Source of the DNA: Eledone cirrhosa
Taxonomy: Eukaryota
Assembly (NCBI GenBank): GCA_964016885.1
Contig: OZ024741.1
Coordinates: forward strand, 260,524,001-260,588,000
DNA length: 64,000 bases
Direction: 5' to 3'
Position 1 is the first letter of the stretch. Every line of letters starts with the position of its first letter. Of this stretch, positions 1-15,110 are shown piece by piece. The notes below the pieces were generated by a model. It was not told where the DNA came from. It saw only the letters and a list, made by a program, of their open reading frames with translations, and did not search any database. A program made the translations under genes and the position numbers.

Positions 1-1453
1 TTTTGACTTACGAGTGTTTCGACTTACGAGTGTTTTGACTTACGAATGTTTTGACTTACGGGTGTTTCGGCTTATGAGTGTTTCGACTTACGAGTGTTTC
101 GGCTTACGAGTGTTTCGACTTACTAATGTTTTTACTTACGAGTGTTTCGGCGTACGAGTGTTTCGACTTATGAGTGTTTCGACTTACGGGTGTTTTGACT
201 TACGGGTGTTTCGGCTTACGAGTGTTTCGACTTACGAGTGTTTTGACTTACGAGTGTTCTGATTTACGGATGTTTCGACATACGAGTGTTTCGACTTACG
301 AGTGTTTCGGCTTACGAGTGTTTCGGCTTACGAGTGTTTCGACTTACGAGTGTTTTGACTTACGGTGTTTCGGCTTACGAGTGTTTCGACTTACGAGTGT
401 TTTGACTTACGGGTGTTTTGACATACGAGTGTTTCGATACGAGTGTTCTGACTTACGAGTGTTCTGACTTACGAGTGTTTTGACTTACGAGTGTTCTGAC
501 TTACGAGTGTTCCGACTTACGAGTGTTCCGACTTACGAGTGTTTCGGCTTACGAGTGTTTCCGGCTTACGAGTGTTTCGACTTCCGAGTGTTTTGACTTA
601 CGGTGTTTCGGCTTACGAGTGATTCGACTTACGAGTGTTTTGACTTACGGGTGATTTGACTTACGGGTGTTGTGAATTACGAGTGTTCCGATTTACGAGT
701 GTTTTGACTTACGAGTGTTCTGATATACGGATGTTTCGACATACGAGTGTTTCGACTTACGAGTGTTTCGACTTATGAGTGTTTCGACTTACGAGTGTTT
801 CGGCTTATGAGTGTTTCGACATACGAGTGCTTCGGCTTACGAGTGTTTCGAATTACGAGTATTTCGGCTTACGAGTGTTTCGACGTACGAATGTTTTGGC
901 TTACGAGTGTTTCGGCTTATGAGTGTTTCGGCTTACGAGTGTTTCGACTTACGAGTGTTTCGGCTTACGAGCGTTTCAGTGTTTCCGCTTACGTGTGTTT
1001 CGACTTACGAGTGTTTCGACTTACGACTGTTTCGGCTTACGAGTGTATCGGCTTACGAGTGTTTCGGCTTACGAGTGTTTTGACTTACGAGTGTTTTGAT
1101 TACGATTGTTTGGCTTACGAGTGTTCTGACTTACGGGTGTTCTGACTTACGAGTGTTCCGACTTACGAGTGTTTCGGCTTACGAGTGTTTCGGCTTACGA
1201 GTGTTTCGACTTACGAGTGTTTCGACTTACGGGTTTTTCGACTTACGAGTGGTTTGGCTTACGGTGTTTCGGCTTACGAGTGTTTCGAGTTACGAGTGTT
1301 TTGACTTACGCGTGTTTTGACATACGAGTGTTTCGATACGAGTGTTCTGACTTACGAGTGTTCTGACTTACGAGTGTTCTGACTTACGAGTGTTCCGACT
1401 TTACGAGTGTTTCGGCTCACGAGTGTTTCGGCTTACGAGTGTTTCGACTTACG

Positions 1454-1531
1454 AAAATAACAAATAGACGCGGTTTCAAATCTCTATGATTTTCAAATTC
1501 ATTACATTAATCTTTATTTATACGTTTCGCT
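1454..1531. repeat. ~78-bp AT-rich spacer, copy 1 (allele A)
   Basis: AAAATAACAAATAGACGCGGTTTCAAATCTCTATGATTTTCAAATTCATTACATTAATCTTTATTTATACGTTTCGCT interrupts the array. Confidence 0.95.
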
Positions 1532-4500
1532 TTACGAGTGTTTCGACTTACGAGTGTTTCGACATACGAGTGTTTCGACTTCCGAATGTTTTTGCTTACG
1601 GGTGTTTCGACTTACGAATGTTTCGGCTTACGTGTGTTCCGACTTAGGAGTGTTTCGGCTTACGAGTGTTTCCGGCTTACGAGTGTTTCGACTTACGAGT
1701 GTTTCGACTTTCGAGTGTTTTGACTTACGGTGTTTCGGCTTACGAGTGATTCGACTTACGAGTGTTTTGACTTACGGGTGTTCCGACTTACGAGTGTTTC
1801 GGTTTACGAGTGTTTCGACATACGAGTGTTTTGACTTACGGGTGTTTCGACTTACGGGTGTTTCGACTTACGAGTGTTTCGGCTTACGAGAGTTTCGACT
1901 TACTAATGTTTTTACTTACGAGTGTTTCGGTGTACGAATGCTTTGACTTAAGGATGTTTCGACTTACGAGTGTTTTGACTTACGGTGTTTCGGCTTACGA
2001 GTGATTCGACTTACGAGTGTTTTGACTTACGGGTGTTTTGACTTACGGGTGTTGTGAATTACCAGTGTTCCGATTTACGAGTGTTTTGACTTACGGTGTT
2101 TCGGCTTGCGAGTGTTTCGACTTACGAGTGTTTCGGCTTATGAGTGTTTCGACTTACTAATGTTTTTATTTACGAGTGTTTCGGCGTTCGAGTGTTTTGA
2201 CTTACGAGTGTTTCGACTTACGAGTGTTTTGACTTACGAATGTTTTGACTTACGGGTGTTTCGGCTTACGGGTGTTTCGACTTACGAGCGTTTCGACTTA
2301 CGAGTGTTCTGATTTACGAGTGTTCTGACTTACGAGTGTTCTGACTTACGAGTGTTCCGACTTACGAGTGTTTCGGTTTACGAGTGTTTCGACATACGAG
2401 TGTTTTGACTTACGGGTGTTTCGACTTACGGGTGTTTCGATTTACGAGTGTTTCGGCTTACGAGAGTTTCGACTTACTAATGTTTTTACTTACGAGTGTT
2501 TCGGTGTACGAATGTTTTGACTTAAGGATGTTTCGACTTACGAGTGTTTCGACTTACGAGTGTTTCGGCTTACGTGAGTTTCGACTTAAGAGTGTTCTGG
2601 TTTACGAGTGTTCTGACTTGCGGGTGTTCTGATTTACGAGTGTTCCGACTTACGAGTGTTTCGGCTTATGAGTGTTTCGACTTACGAGTGTTTCGGCTTA
2701 CGAGTGTTTCGACTTATGGGTGTTTCGACTTACGAGTGTTTTTACTTACAGTGTTTCGGCTTACGAGTGTTTCGACATACGAGTGTTTTGACTTACGGGT
2801 GTTTCGGCTTACGAGTGTTTCGACTTACGAGTGTTTCGGCTTACGAGTGTTTCGATTACTAATGTTTTTACTTACGAGTGTTTCGGCGTACGAGAGTTTT
2901 GACTTACGAGTGTTTCGACTTACGAGTGTTTTGACTTACGAATGTTTTGACTTACGGGTGTTTCGGCTTATGAGTGTTTCGACTTACGAGTCTTTCGGCT
3001 TACTAGTGTTTTACTTACGAGTGTTTCGGCGTACGAGTGTTTCGACTTACGAGTGTTTCGACTTACGGGTGTTTTGACTTACGGGTGTTTCGGCTTACGA
3101 GTGTTTCGACTTACGAGTGTTTTGACTTAAGGGTGTTTCGACTTACGAGTATTTTTGGCTTACGAGTGTTTCGACTTACGAGTGTTTCGACTTACGAGTG
3201 TTTCGGCTTACGATTGTTTGGACTTACGAGTGTTTCGGTTTACGAGTGTTTCGACTTATGAGTGTTTCGACTTACGAGTGTTTCGGCTTACGAGTGTTTC
3301 GACTTATGGGTGTTTCGACTTACGAGTGTTTTACTTACGGTGTTTCGGCTTACGATTGTTTCGACATACGAGTGTTTTGACTTACGGGTGTTTCGGCTTA
3401 CGATTGTTTCGACTTACGAGTGTTTCGGTTTACGAGTGTTTCGGCTTATGAGTGTTTCGACTTACGAGTGTTTCGGCTTACGAGTGTTTCGACTTATGGG
3501 TGTTTCGACTTACGAGTGTTTTTACTTACGGTGTTTCGGCTTACGAGTGTTTCGACATACGAGTGTTTTGACTTACGGGTGTTTCGGCTTACGAGTGTTT
3601 CGACTTACGAGTGTTTCGGCTTACGAGTGTTTCGACTTACTAATGTTTTTACTTACGAGTGTTTCGGCGTACGAGAGTTTTGACTTACGAGTGTTTCGAC
3701 TTACGAGTGTTTTGACTTACGAATGTTTTGACTTACGGGTGTTTCGGCTTATGAGTGTTTCGACTTACGAGTGTTTCGGCTTACGAGTGTTTCGACTTAC
3801 TAATGTTTTTACTTACGAGTGTTTCGGCGTACGAGTGTTTCGACTTATGAGTGTTTCGACTTACGGGTGTTTTGACTTACGGGTGTTTCGGCTTACGAGT
3901 GTTTCGACTTACGAGTGTTTTGACTTACGAGTGTTCTGATTTACGGATGTTTCGACATACGAGTGTTTCGACTTACGAGTGTTTCGGCTTACGAGTGTTT
4001 CGGCTTACGAGTGTTTCGACTTACGAGTGTTTTGACTTACGGTGTTTCGGCTTACGAGTGTTTCGACTTACGAGTGTTTTGACTTACGGGTGTTTTGACA
4101 TACGAGTGTTTCGATACGAGTGTTCTGACTTACGAGTGTTCTGACTTAGGAGTGTTTTGACTTACGAGTGTTCTGACTTACGAGTGTTCCGACTTACGAG
4201 TGTTCCGACTTACGAGTGTTTCGGCTTACGAGTGTTTCCGGCTTACGAGTGTTTCGACTTCCGAGTGTTTTGACTTACGGTGTTTCGGCTTACGAGTGAT
4301 TCGACTTACGAGTGTTTTGACTTACGGGTGATTTGACTTACGGGTGTTGTGAATTACGAGTGTTCCGATTTACGAGTGTTTTGACTTACGGTGTTTCGGC
4401 TTACGAGTGATTCGACTTACGAATGTTTTGACTTACGGGTGTTTCGGCTTGCGAGTGTTTCGACTTACGAGTGTTTCGGCTTATGGGTGTTTCGACTTAC

Positions 4501-6083
4501 TAATGTTTTTACTTACGACTGTTTCGGCGTACGAGTGTTTTGACTTACGAGTGTTTCGACTTACGAGTGTTTCGACTTACGAGTGTTTCGGCTTACGTGA
4601 GTTTCGACTTAAGAGTGTTCTGATTTACGAGTGTTCTGACTTGCGGGTGTTCTGATTTACGAGTGTTCCGACTTACGAGTGTTTCGGCTTATTAGTGTTT
4701 CGACTTACGAGTGTTTCGGCTTACGAGTGTTTCGACTTATGGGTGTTTCGACTTACGAGTGTTTTTACTTACGGTGTTTCGGCTTACGAGTGTTTCGACA
4801 TACGAGTGTTTTGACTTACGGGTGTTTCGACTTACGAGTGTTTTGACTTACGAATGTTTTGACTTACGGGTGTTTCGGCTTACGAGTGTTTCGACTTACG
4901 AGTGTTTCGGCTTACGAGTGTTTGGACTTACTAATGTTCTTACGAGTGTTTCGGCGTACGAGAGTTTTGACTTACGAGTGTTTCGACTTACGAGTGTTTC
5001 GACTTACGAGTATTTTGACTTACGAATGTTTTGACTTACGGGTGTTTCGGCTTACGAGTGTTTCGACTTACGAGTCTTTCGGCTTACGAGTGTTTCGACT
5101 TACTAATGTTTTTACTTACGAGTGTTTCGGCGTACGAGTGTTTCGACTTACGAGTGTTTCGACTAACGGGTGTTTTGACTTACGGGTGTTTCGGCTTACG
5201 AGTGTTTTGACTTCCGAGTGTTTTGACTTACGGTGTTTCGGCTTACGAGTGATTCGACTTACGAGTGTTTTGACTTACGGGTGATTTGACTTACGGGTGT
5301 TGTGAATTACGAGTGTTCCGATTTACGAGTGTTTTGACTTACGAGTGTTCTGATATACGGATGTTTCGACATACGAGTGTTTCGACTTACGAGTGTTTCG
5401 ACTTATGAGTGTTTCGACTTACGAGTGTTTCGGCTTATGAGTGTTTCGACATACGAGTGCTTCGGCTTACGAGTGTTTCGAATTACGAGTATTTCGGCTT
5501 ACGAGTGTTTCGACGTACGAATGTTTTGGCTTACGAGTGTTTCGGCTTATGAGTGTTTCGGCTTACGAGTGTTTCGACTTACGAGTGTTTCGGCTTACGA
5601 GTGTTTCAGTGTTTCCGCTTACGTGTGTTTCGACTTACGAGTGTTTCGACTTACGACTGTTTCGGCTTACGAGTGTATCGGCTTACGAGTGTTTCGGCTT
5701 ACGAGTGTTTTGACTTACGAGTGTTTTGATTACGATTGTTTGGCTTACGAGTGTTCTGACTTACGGGTGTTCTGACTTACGAGTGTTCCGACTTACGAGT
5801 GTTTCGGCTTACGAGTGTTTCGGCTTACGAGTGTTTCGACTTACGAGTGTTTCGACTTACGGGTTTTTCGACTTACGAGTGGTTTGGCTTACGGTGTTTC
5901 GGCTTACGAGTGTTTCGAGTTACGAGTGTTTTGACTTACGCGTGTTTTGACATACGAGTGTTTCGATACGAGTGTTCTGACTTACGAGTGTTCTGACTTA
6001 CGAGTGTTCTGACTTACGAGTGTTCCGACTTTACGAGTGTTTCGGCTCACGAGTGTTTCGGCTTACGAGTGTTTCGACTTACG

Positions 6084-6161
6084 AAAATAACAAATAGACG
6101 CGGTTTCAAATCTCTATGATTTTCAAATTCATTACATTAATCTTTATTTATACGTTTCGCT
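6084..6161. repeat. ~78-bp AT-rich spacer, copy 2 (allele A)
   Basis: Same sequence as 1454-1531. Confidence 0.95.
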
Positions 6162-7870
6162 TTACGAGTGTTTCGACTTACGAGTGTTTCGACATACGAG
6201 TGTTTCGACTTCCGAATGTTTTTGCTTACGGGTGTTTCGACTTACGAATGTTTCGGCTTACGTGTGTTCCGACTTAGGAGTGTTTCGGCTTACGAGTGTT
6301 TCCGGCTTACGAGTGTTTCGACTTACGAGTGTTTCGACATTCGAGTGTTTTGACTTACGGTGTTTCGGCTTACGAGTGATTCGACTTACGAGTGTTTTGA
6401 CTTACGGGTGTTCCGACTTACGAGTGTTTCGGTTTACGAGTGTTTCGACATACGAGTGTTTTGACTTACGGGTGTTTCGACTTACGGGTGTTTCGACTTA
6501 CGAGTGTTTCGGCTTACGAGAGTTTCGACTTACTAATGTTTTTACTTACGAGTGTTTCGGTGTACGAATGTTTTGACTTAAGGATGTTTCGACTTACGAG
6601 TGTTTTGACTTACGGTGTTTCGGCTTACGAGTGATTCGACTTACGAGTGTTTTGACTTACGGGTGTTTTGACTTACGGGTGTTGTGAATTACCAGTGTTC
6701 CGATTTACGAGTGTTTTGACTTACGGTGTTTCGGCTTGCGAGTGTTTCGACTTACGAGTGTTTCGGCTTATGAGTGTTTCGACTTACTAATGTTTTTATT
6801 TACGAGTGTTTCGGCGTTCGAGTGTTTTGACTTACGAGTGTTTCGACTTACGAGTGTTTTGACTTACGAATGTTTTGACTTACGGGTGTTTCGGCTTACG
6901 GGTGTTTCGACTTACGAGCGTTTCGACTTACGAGTGTTCTGATTTACGAGTGTTCTGACTTACGAGTGTTCTGACTTACGAGTGTTCCGACTTACGAGTG
7001 TTTCGGTTTACGAGTGTTTCGACATACGAGTGTTTTGACTTACGGGTGTTTCGACTTACGGGTGTTTCGACTTACGAGTGTTTCGGCTTACGAGAGTTTC
7101 GACTTACTAATGTTTTTACTTACGAGTGTTTCGGTGTACGAATGTTTTGACTTAAGGATGTTTCGACTTACGAGTGTTTCGACTTACGAGTGTTTCGGCT
7201 TACGTGAGTTTCGACTTAAGAGTGTTCTGGTTTACGAGTGTTCTGACTTGCGGGTGTTCTGATTTACGAGTGTTCCGACTTACGAGTGTTTCGGCTTATG
7301 AGTGTTTCGACTTACGAGTGTTTCGGCTTACGAGTGTTTCGACTTATGGGTGTTTCGACTTACGAGTGTTTTTACTTACAGTGTTTCGGCTTACGAGTGT
7401 TTCGACATACGAGTGTTTTGACTTACGGGTGTTTCGGCTTACGAGTGTTTCGACTTACGAGTGTTTCGGCTTACGAGTGTTTCGATTACTAATGTTTTTA
7501 CTTACGAGTGTTTCGGCGTACGAGAGTTTTGACTTACGAGTGTTTCGACTTACGAGTGTTTTGACTTACGAATGTTTTGACTTACGGGTGTTTCGGCTTA
7601 TGAGTGTTTCGACTTACGAGTCTTTCGGCTTACTAGTGTTTTACTTACGAGTGTTTCGGCGTACGAGTGTTTCGACTTACGAGTGTTTCGACTTACGGGT
7701 GTTTTGACTTACGGGTGTTTCGGCTTACGAGTGTTTCGACTTACGAGTGTTTTGACTTAAGGGTGTTTCGACTTACGAGTATTTTTGGCTTACGAGTGTT
7801 TCGACTTACGAGTGTTTCGACTTACGAGTGTTTCGGCTTACGATTGTTTGGACTTACGAGTGTTTCGGTT

Positions 7871-10800
7871 TACGAGTGTTTCGACTTATGAGTGTTTCGA
7901 CTTACGAGTGTTTCGGCTTACGAGTGTTTCGACTTATGGGTGTTTCGACTTACGAGTGTTTTACTTACGGTGTTTCGGCTTACGATTGTTTCGACATACG
8001 AGTGTTTTGACTTACGGGTGTTTCGGCTTACGATTGTTTCGACTTACGAGTGTTTCGGTTTACGAGTGTTTCGGCTTATGAGTGTTTCGACTTACGAGTG
8101 TTTCGGCTTACGAGTGTTTCGACTTATGGGTGTTTCGACTTACGAGTGTTTTTACTTACGGTGTTTCGGCTTACGAGTGTTTCGACATACGAGTGTTTTG
8201 ACTTACGGGTGTTTCGGCTTACGAGTGTTTCGACTTACGAGTGTTTCGGCTTACGAGTGTTTCGACTTACTAATGTTTTTACTTACGAGTGTTTCGGCGT
8301 ACGAGAGTTTTGACTTACGAGTGTTTCGACTTACGAGTGTTTTGACTTACGAATGTTTTGACTTACGGGTGTTTCGGCTTATGAGTGTTTCGACTTACGA
8401 GTGTTTCGGCTTACGAGTGTTTCGACTTACTAATGTTTTTACTTACGAGTGTTTCGGCGTACGAGTGTTTCGACTTATGAGTGTTTCGACTTACGGGTGT
8501 TTTGACTTACGGGTGTTTCGGCTTACGAGTGTTTCGACTTACGAGTGTTTTGACTTACGAGTGTTCTGATTTACGGATGTTTCGACATACGAGTGTTTCG
8601 ACTTACGAGTGTTTCGGCTTACGAGTGTTTCGGCTTACGAGTGTTTCGACTTACGAGTGTTTTGACTTACGGTGTTTCGGCTTACGAGTGTTTCGACTTA
8701 CGAGTGTTTTGACTTACGGGTGTTTTGACATACGAGTGTTTCGATACGAGTGTTCTGACTTACGAGTGTTCTGACTTAGGAGTGTTTTGACTTACGAGTG
8801 TTCTGACTTACGAGTGTTCCGACTTACGAGTGTTCCGACTTACGAGTGTTTCGGCTTACGAGTGTTTCCGGCTTACGAGTGTTTCGACTTCCGAGTGTTT
8901 TGACTTACGGTGTTTCGGCTTACGAGTGATTCGACTTACGAGTGTTTTGACTTACGGGTGATTTGACTTACGGGTGTTGTGAATTACGAGTGTTCCGATT
9001 TACGAGTGTTTTGACTTACGGTGTTTCGGCTTACGAGTGATTCGACTTACGAATGTTTTGACTTACGGGTGTTTCGGCTTGCGAGTGTTTCGACTTACGA
9101 GTGTTTCGGCTTATGGGTGTTTCGACTTACTAATGTTTTTACTTACGACTGTTTCGGCGTACGAGTGTTTTGACTTACGAGTGTTTCGACTTACGAGTGT
9201 TTCGACTTACGAGTGTTTCGGCTTACGTGAGTTTCGACTTAAGAGTGTTCTGATTTACGTTCTGACTTGCGGGTGTTCTGATTTACGAGTGTTCCGACTT
9301 ACGAGTGTTTCGGCTTATTAGTGTTTCGACTTACGAGTGTTTCGGCTTACGAGTGTTTCGACTTATGGGTGTTTCGACTTACGAGTGTTTTTACTTACGG
9401 TGTTTCGGCTTACGAGTGTTTCGACATACGAGTGTTTTGACTTACGGGTGTTTCGACTTACGAGTGTTTTGACTTACGAATGTTTTGACTTACGGGTGTT
9501 TCGGCTTACGAGTGTTTCGACTTACGAGTGTTTCGGCTTACGAGTGTTTCGACTTACTAATGTTCTTACGAGTGTTTCGGCGTACGAGAGTTTTGACTTA
9601 CGAGTGTTTCGACTTACGAGTGTTTCGACTTACGAGTATTTTGACTTACGAATGTTTTGACTTACGGGTGTTTCGGCTTACGAGTGTTTCGACTTACGAG
9701 TCTTTCGGCTTACGAGTGTTTCGACTTACTAATGTTTTTACTTACGAGTGTTTCGGCGTACGAGTGTTTCGACTTACGAGTGTTTCGACTAACGGGTGTT
9801 TTGACTTACGGGTGTTTCGGCTTACGAGTGTTTTGACTTACGAGTGTTTTGACTTAAGGGTGTTTCGACTTACGAGTATTTTTGGCTTACGAGTGTTTCG
9901 ACTTACGAGTGTTTTGACTTACGAGTGTTCTGATTTACGGATGTTTCGACATACGAGTGTTTCGACTTACGAGTATTTCGGCTTATGAGTGTTTCGACTT
10001 ACGACTGTTTCGACTTACGAGTGTTTCGGCTTACGAGTGTTTCGACTTACGAGTGTTTTGACTTACGGGTGTTTTGACATACGAGTGTTTCGATACGAGT
10101 GTTCTGACTTACGAGTGTTCTGACTTACGAGTGTTTTGACTCACGAGTGTTCCGACTTACGAGTGTTCCGACTTACGAGTGTTTCGGCTTACGAGTGTTT
10201 CCGGCTTACGAGTGTTTCGACTTACGAGTGTTTTGACTTACGGTGTTTCGGCTTACGAGTGATTCGACTTACGAGTGTTTCGACTTACGAATGTTTCGGC
10301 TTACGAGTGTTTCGGCTTACGAGTGTTCCGACTTAGGAGTGTTTCGGCTTACGAGTGTTTCCGGCTTACGAGTGTTTCGACTTACGAGTGTTTCGACTTT
10401 CGAGTGTTTTGACTTACGGTGTTTCGGCTTACGAGTGATTCGACTTACGAGTGTTTTGACTTACGGGTGTTTTGACTTACGGGTGTTGTGAATTACCAGT
10501 GTTCCGATTTACGAGTGTTTTGACTTACGGTGTTTCGGCTTGCGAGTGTTTCGACTTACGAGTGTTTCGGCTTATGAGTGTTTCGACTTACTAATGTTTT
10601 TACTTACGAGTGTTTCGGCGTTCGAGTGTTTTGACTTACGAGTGTTTCGACTTACGAGTGTTTTGACTTACGAATGTTTTGACTTACGGGTGTTTCGGCT
10701 TACGGGTGTTTCGACTTACGAGTGTTTCGACTTACGAGTGTTCTGACTTACGAGTGTTCTGACTTACGAGTGTTCTGAATTAAGAGTGTTCCGACTTACG

Positions 10801-13800
10801 AGTGTTTCGGTTTACGAGTGTTTCGACATACGAGTGTTTTTACTTACGGGTGTTTCGACTTACGGGTGTTTCGACTTACGAGTGTTTCGGCTTACGAGAG
10901 TTTCGACTTACTAATGTTTTTACTTACGAGTGTTTCGGTGTACGAATGTTTTGACTTAAGGATGTTTCGACTTACGAGTGTTTCGACTTACGAGTGTTTC
11001 GGCTTACGTGAGTTTCGACTTAAGAGTGTTCTGATTTACGAGTGTTCTGACTTGCGGGTGTTCTGATTTACGAGTGTTCCGACTTACGAGTGTTTCGGCT
11101 TATGAGTGTTTCGACTTACGAGTGTTTCGGCTTACGAGTGTTTCGACTTATGGGTGTTTCGACTTACGAGTGTTTTTACTTACGGTGTTTCGGCTTACGA
11201 GTGTTTCGACATACGAGTGTTTTGACTTACGGGTGTTTCGGCTTACGAGTGTTTCGACTTAAGAGTGTTTCGGCTTACGAGTGTTTCGACTTACTAATGT
11301 TTTTACTTACGAGTGTTTCGGCGTACGAGAGTTTTGACTTACGAGTGTTTCGACTTACGAGTGTTTTGACTTACGAATGTTTTGACTTACGGGTGTTTCG
11401 GCTTATGAGTGTTTCGACTTACGAGTCTTTCGGCTTACGAGTGTTTCGACTTACTAATGTTTTTACTTACGAGTGTTTCGGCGTACGAGTGTTTCGACTT
11501 ATGAGTGTTTCGACTTACGAGTGTTTCGGCTTACGAGTGTTTCGACTTATGGGTGTTTCGACTTACGAGTGTTTTACTTACGGTGTTTCGGCTTACGATT
11601 GTTTCGACATACGAGTGTTTTGACTTACGGGTGTTTCGGCTTACGATTGTTTCGACTTACGAGTGTTTCGGTTTACGAGTGTTTCGGCTTATGAGTGTTT
11701 CGACTTACGAGTGTTTCGGCTTACGAGTGTTTCGACTTATGGGTGTTTCGACTTACGAGTGTTTTTACTTACGGTGTTTCGGCTTACGAGTGTTTCGACA
11801 TACGAGTGTTTTGACTTACGGGTGTTTCGGCTTACGAGTGTTTCGACTTACGAGTGTTTCGGCTTACGAGTGTTTCGACTTACTAATGTTTTTACTTACG
11901 AGTGTTTCGGCGTACGAGAGTTTTGACTTACGAGTGTTTCGACTTACGAGTGTTTTGACTTACGAATGTTTTGACTTACGGGTGTTTCGGCTTATGAGTG
12001 TTTCGACTTACGAGTGTTTCGGCTTACGAGTGTTTCGACTTACTAATGTTTTTACTTACGAGTGTTTCGGCGTACGAGTGTTTCGACTTATGAGTGTTTC
12101 GACTTACGGGTGTTTTGACTTACGGGTGTTTCGGCTTACGAGTGTTTCGACTTACGAGTGTTTTGACTTACGAGTGTTCTGATTTACGGATGTTTCGACA
12201 TACGAGTGTTTCGACTTACGAGTGTTTCGGCTTACGAGTGTTTCGGCTTACGAGTGTTTCGACTTACGAGTGTTTTGACTTACGGTGTTTCGGCTTACGA
12301 GTGTTTCGACTTACGAGTGTTTTGACTTACGGGTGTTTTGACATACGAGTGTTTCGATACGAGTGTTCTGACTTACGAGTGTTCTGACTTAGGAGTGTTT
12401 TGACTTACGAGTGTTCTGACTTACGAGTGTTCCGACTTACGAGTGTTCCGACTTACGAGTGTTTCGGCTTACGAGTGTTTCCGGCTTACGAGTGTTTCGA
12501 CTTCCGAGTGTTTTGACTTACGGTGTTTCGGCTTACGAGTGATTCGACTTACGAGTGTTTTGACTTACGGGTGATTTGACTTACGGGTGTTGTGAATTAC
12601 GAGTGTTCCGATTTACGAGTGTTTTGACTTACGGTGTTTCGGCTTACGAGTGATTCGACTTACGAATGTTTTGACTTACGGGTGTTTCGGCTTGCGAGTG
12701 TTTCGACTTACGAGTGTTTCGGCTTATGGGTGTTTCGACTTACTAATGTTTTTACTTACGACTGTTTCGGCGTACGAGTGTTTTGACTTACGAGTGTTTC
12801 GACTTACGAGTGTTTCGACTTACGAGTGTTTCGGCTTACGTGAGTTTCGACTTAAGAGTGTTCTGATTTACGTTCTGACTTGCGGGTGTTCTGATTTACG
12901 AGTGTTCCGACTTACGAGTGTTTCGGCTTATTAGTGTTTCGACTTACGAGTGTTTCGGCTTACGAGTGTTTCGACTTATGGGTGTTTCGACTTACGAGTG
13001 TTTTTACTTACGGTGTTTCGGCTTACGAGTGTTTCGACATACGAGTGTTTTGACTTACGGGTGTTTCGACTTACGAGTGTTTTGACTTACGAATGTTTTG
13101 ACTTACGGGTGTTTCGGCTTACGAGTGTTTCGACTTACGAGTGTTTCGGCTTACGAGTGTTTCGACTTACTAATGTTCTTACGAGTGTTTCGGCGTACGA
13201 GAGTTTTGACTTACGAGTGTTTCGACTTACGAGTGTTTCGACTTACGAGTATTTTGACTTACGAATGTTTTGACTTACGGGTGTTTCGGCTTACGAGTGT
13301 TTCGACTTACGAGTCTTTCGGCTTACGAGTGTTTCGACTTACTAATGTTTTTACTTACGAGTGTTTCGGCGTACGAGTGTTTCGACTTACGAGTGTTTCG
13401 ACTAACGGGTGTTTTGACTTACGGGTGTTTCGGCTTACGAGTGTTTTGACTTACGAGTGTTTTGACTTAAGGGTGTTTCGACTTACGAGTATTTTTGGCT
13501 TACGAGTGTTTCGACTTACGAGTGTTTTGACTTACGAGTGTTCTGATTTACGGATGTTTCGACATACGAGTGTTTCGACTTACGAGTATTTCGGCTTATG
13601 AGTGTTTCGACTTACGACTGTTTCGACTTACGAGTGTTTCGGCTTACGAGTGTTTCGACTTACGAGTGTTTTGACTTACGGGTGTTTTGACATACGAGTG
13701 TTTCGATACGAGTGTTCTGACTTACGAGTGTTCTGACTTACGAGTGTTTTGACTCACGAGTGTTCCGACTTACGAGTGTTCCGACTTACGAGTGTTTCGG

Positions 13801-15110
13801 CTTACGAGTGTTTCCGGCTTACGAGTGTTTCGACTTACGAGTGTTTTGACTTACGGTGTTTCGGCTTACGAGTGATTCGACTTACGAGTGTTTCGACTTA
13901 CGAATGTTTCGGCTTACGAGTGTTTCGGCTTACGAGTGTTCCGACTTAGGATTGTTTCGGCTTACGAGTGTTTCCGGCTTACGAGTGTTTCGACTTACGA
14001 GTGTTTCGACTTTCGAGTGTTTTGACTTACGGTGTTTCGGCTTACGAGTGATTCGACTTACGAGTGTTTTGACTTACGGGTGTTTTGACTTACGGGTGTT
14101 GTGAATTACCAGTGTTCCGATTTACGAGTGTTTTGACTTACGGTGTTTCGGCTTGCGAGTGTTTCGACTTACGAGTGTTTCGGCTTATGAGTGTTTCGAC
14201 TTACTAATGTTTTTACTTACGAGTGTTTCGGCGTTCGAGTGGTTTGACTTACGAGTGTTTCGACTTACGAGTGTTTTGACTTACGAATGTTTTGACTTAC
14301 GGGTGTTTCGGCTTACGGGTGTTTCGACTTACGAGTGTTTCGACTTACGAGTGTTCTGACTTACGAGTGTTCTGACTTACGAGTGTTCTGAATTAAGAGT
14401 GTTCCGACTTACGAGTGTTTCGGTTTACGAGTGTTTCGACATACGAGTGTTTTTACTTACGGGTGTTTCGACTTACGGGTGTTTCGACTTACGAGTGTTT
14501 CGGCTTACGAGAGTTTCGACTTACTAATGTTTTTACTTACGAGTGTTTCGGTGTACGAATGTTTTGACTTAAGGATGTTTCGACTTACGAGTGTTTCGAC
14601 TTACGAGTGTTTCGGCTTACGTGAGTTTCGACTTAAGAGTGTTCTGATTTACGAGTGTTCTGACTTGCGGGTGTTCTGATTTACGAGTGTTCCGACTTAC
14701 GAGTGTTTCGGCTTATGAGTGTTTCGACTTACGAGTGTTTCGGCTTACGAGTGTTTCGACTTATGGGTGTTTCGACTTACGAGTGTTTTTACTTACGGTG
14801 TTTCGGCTTACGAGTGTTTCGACATACGAGTGTTTTGACTTACGGGTGTTTCGGCTTACGAGTGTTTCGACTTAAGAGTGTTTCGGCTTACGAGTGTTTC
14901 GACTTACTAATGTTTTTACTTACGAGTGTTTCGGCGTACGAGAGTTTTGACTTACGAGTGTTTCGACTTACGAGTGTTTTGACTTACGAATGTTTTGACT
15001 TACGGGTGTTTCGGCTTATGAGTGTTTCGACTTACGAGTCTTTCGGCTTACGAGTGTTTCGACTTACTAATGTTTTTACTTACGAGTGTTTCGGCGTACG
15101 AGTGTTTCGA
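7871..15110. repeat. Tandem duplication of a 3613-bp block (about 7871-11483 and 11484-15110)
   Basis: Constant 3613 offset (ORFs 7892/11505, 9037/12650, 10136/13749, 11090/14703). Both copies share the rare deletion GATTTACGTTCTGAC (9252/12865). Confidence 0.93.

Larger units (their letters stand above)
579..9838. repeat. Tandem duplication of a ~4630-bp block (about 579-5208 and 5209-9838)
   Basis: Constant 4630 offset of landmarks (CTTCCGAG 581/5211, spacer 1454/6084, ORFs 747/5377, 3851/8481, 4407/9037). The offset drops to 4626 after a 4-bp deletion near 9258. Confidence 0.93.
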
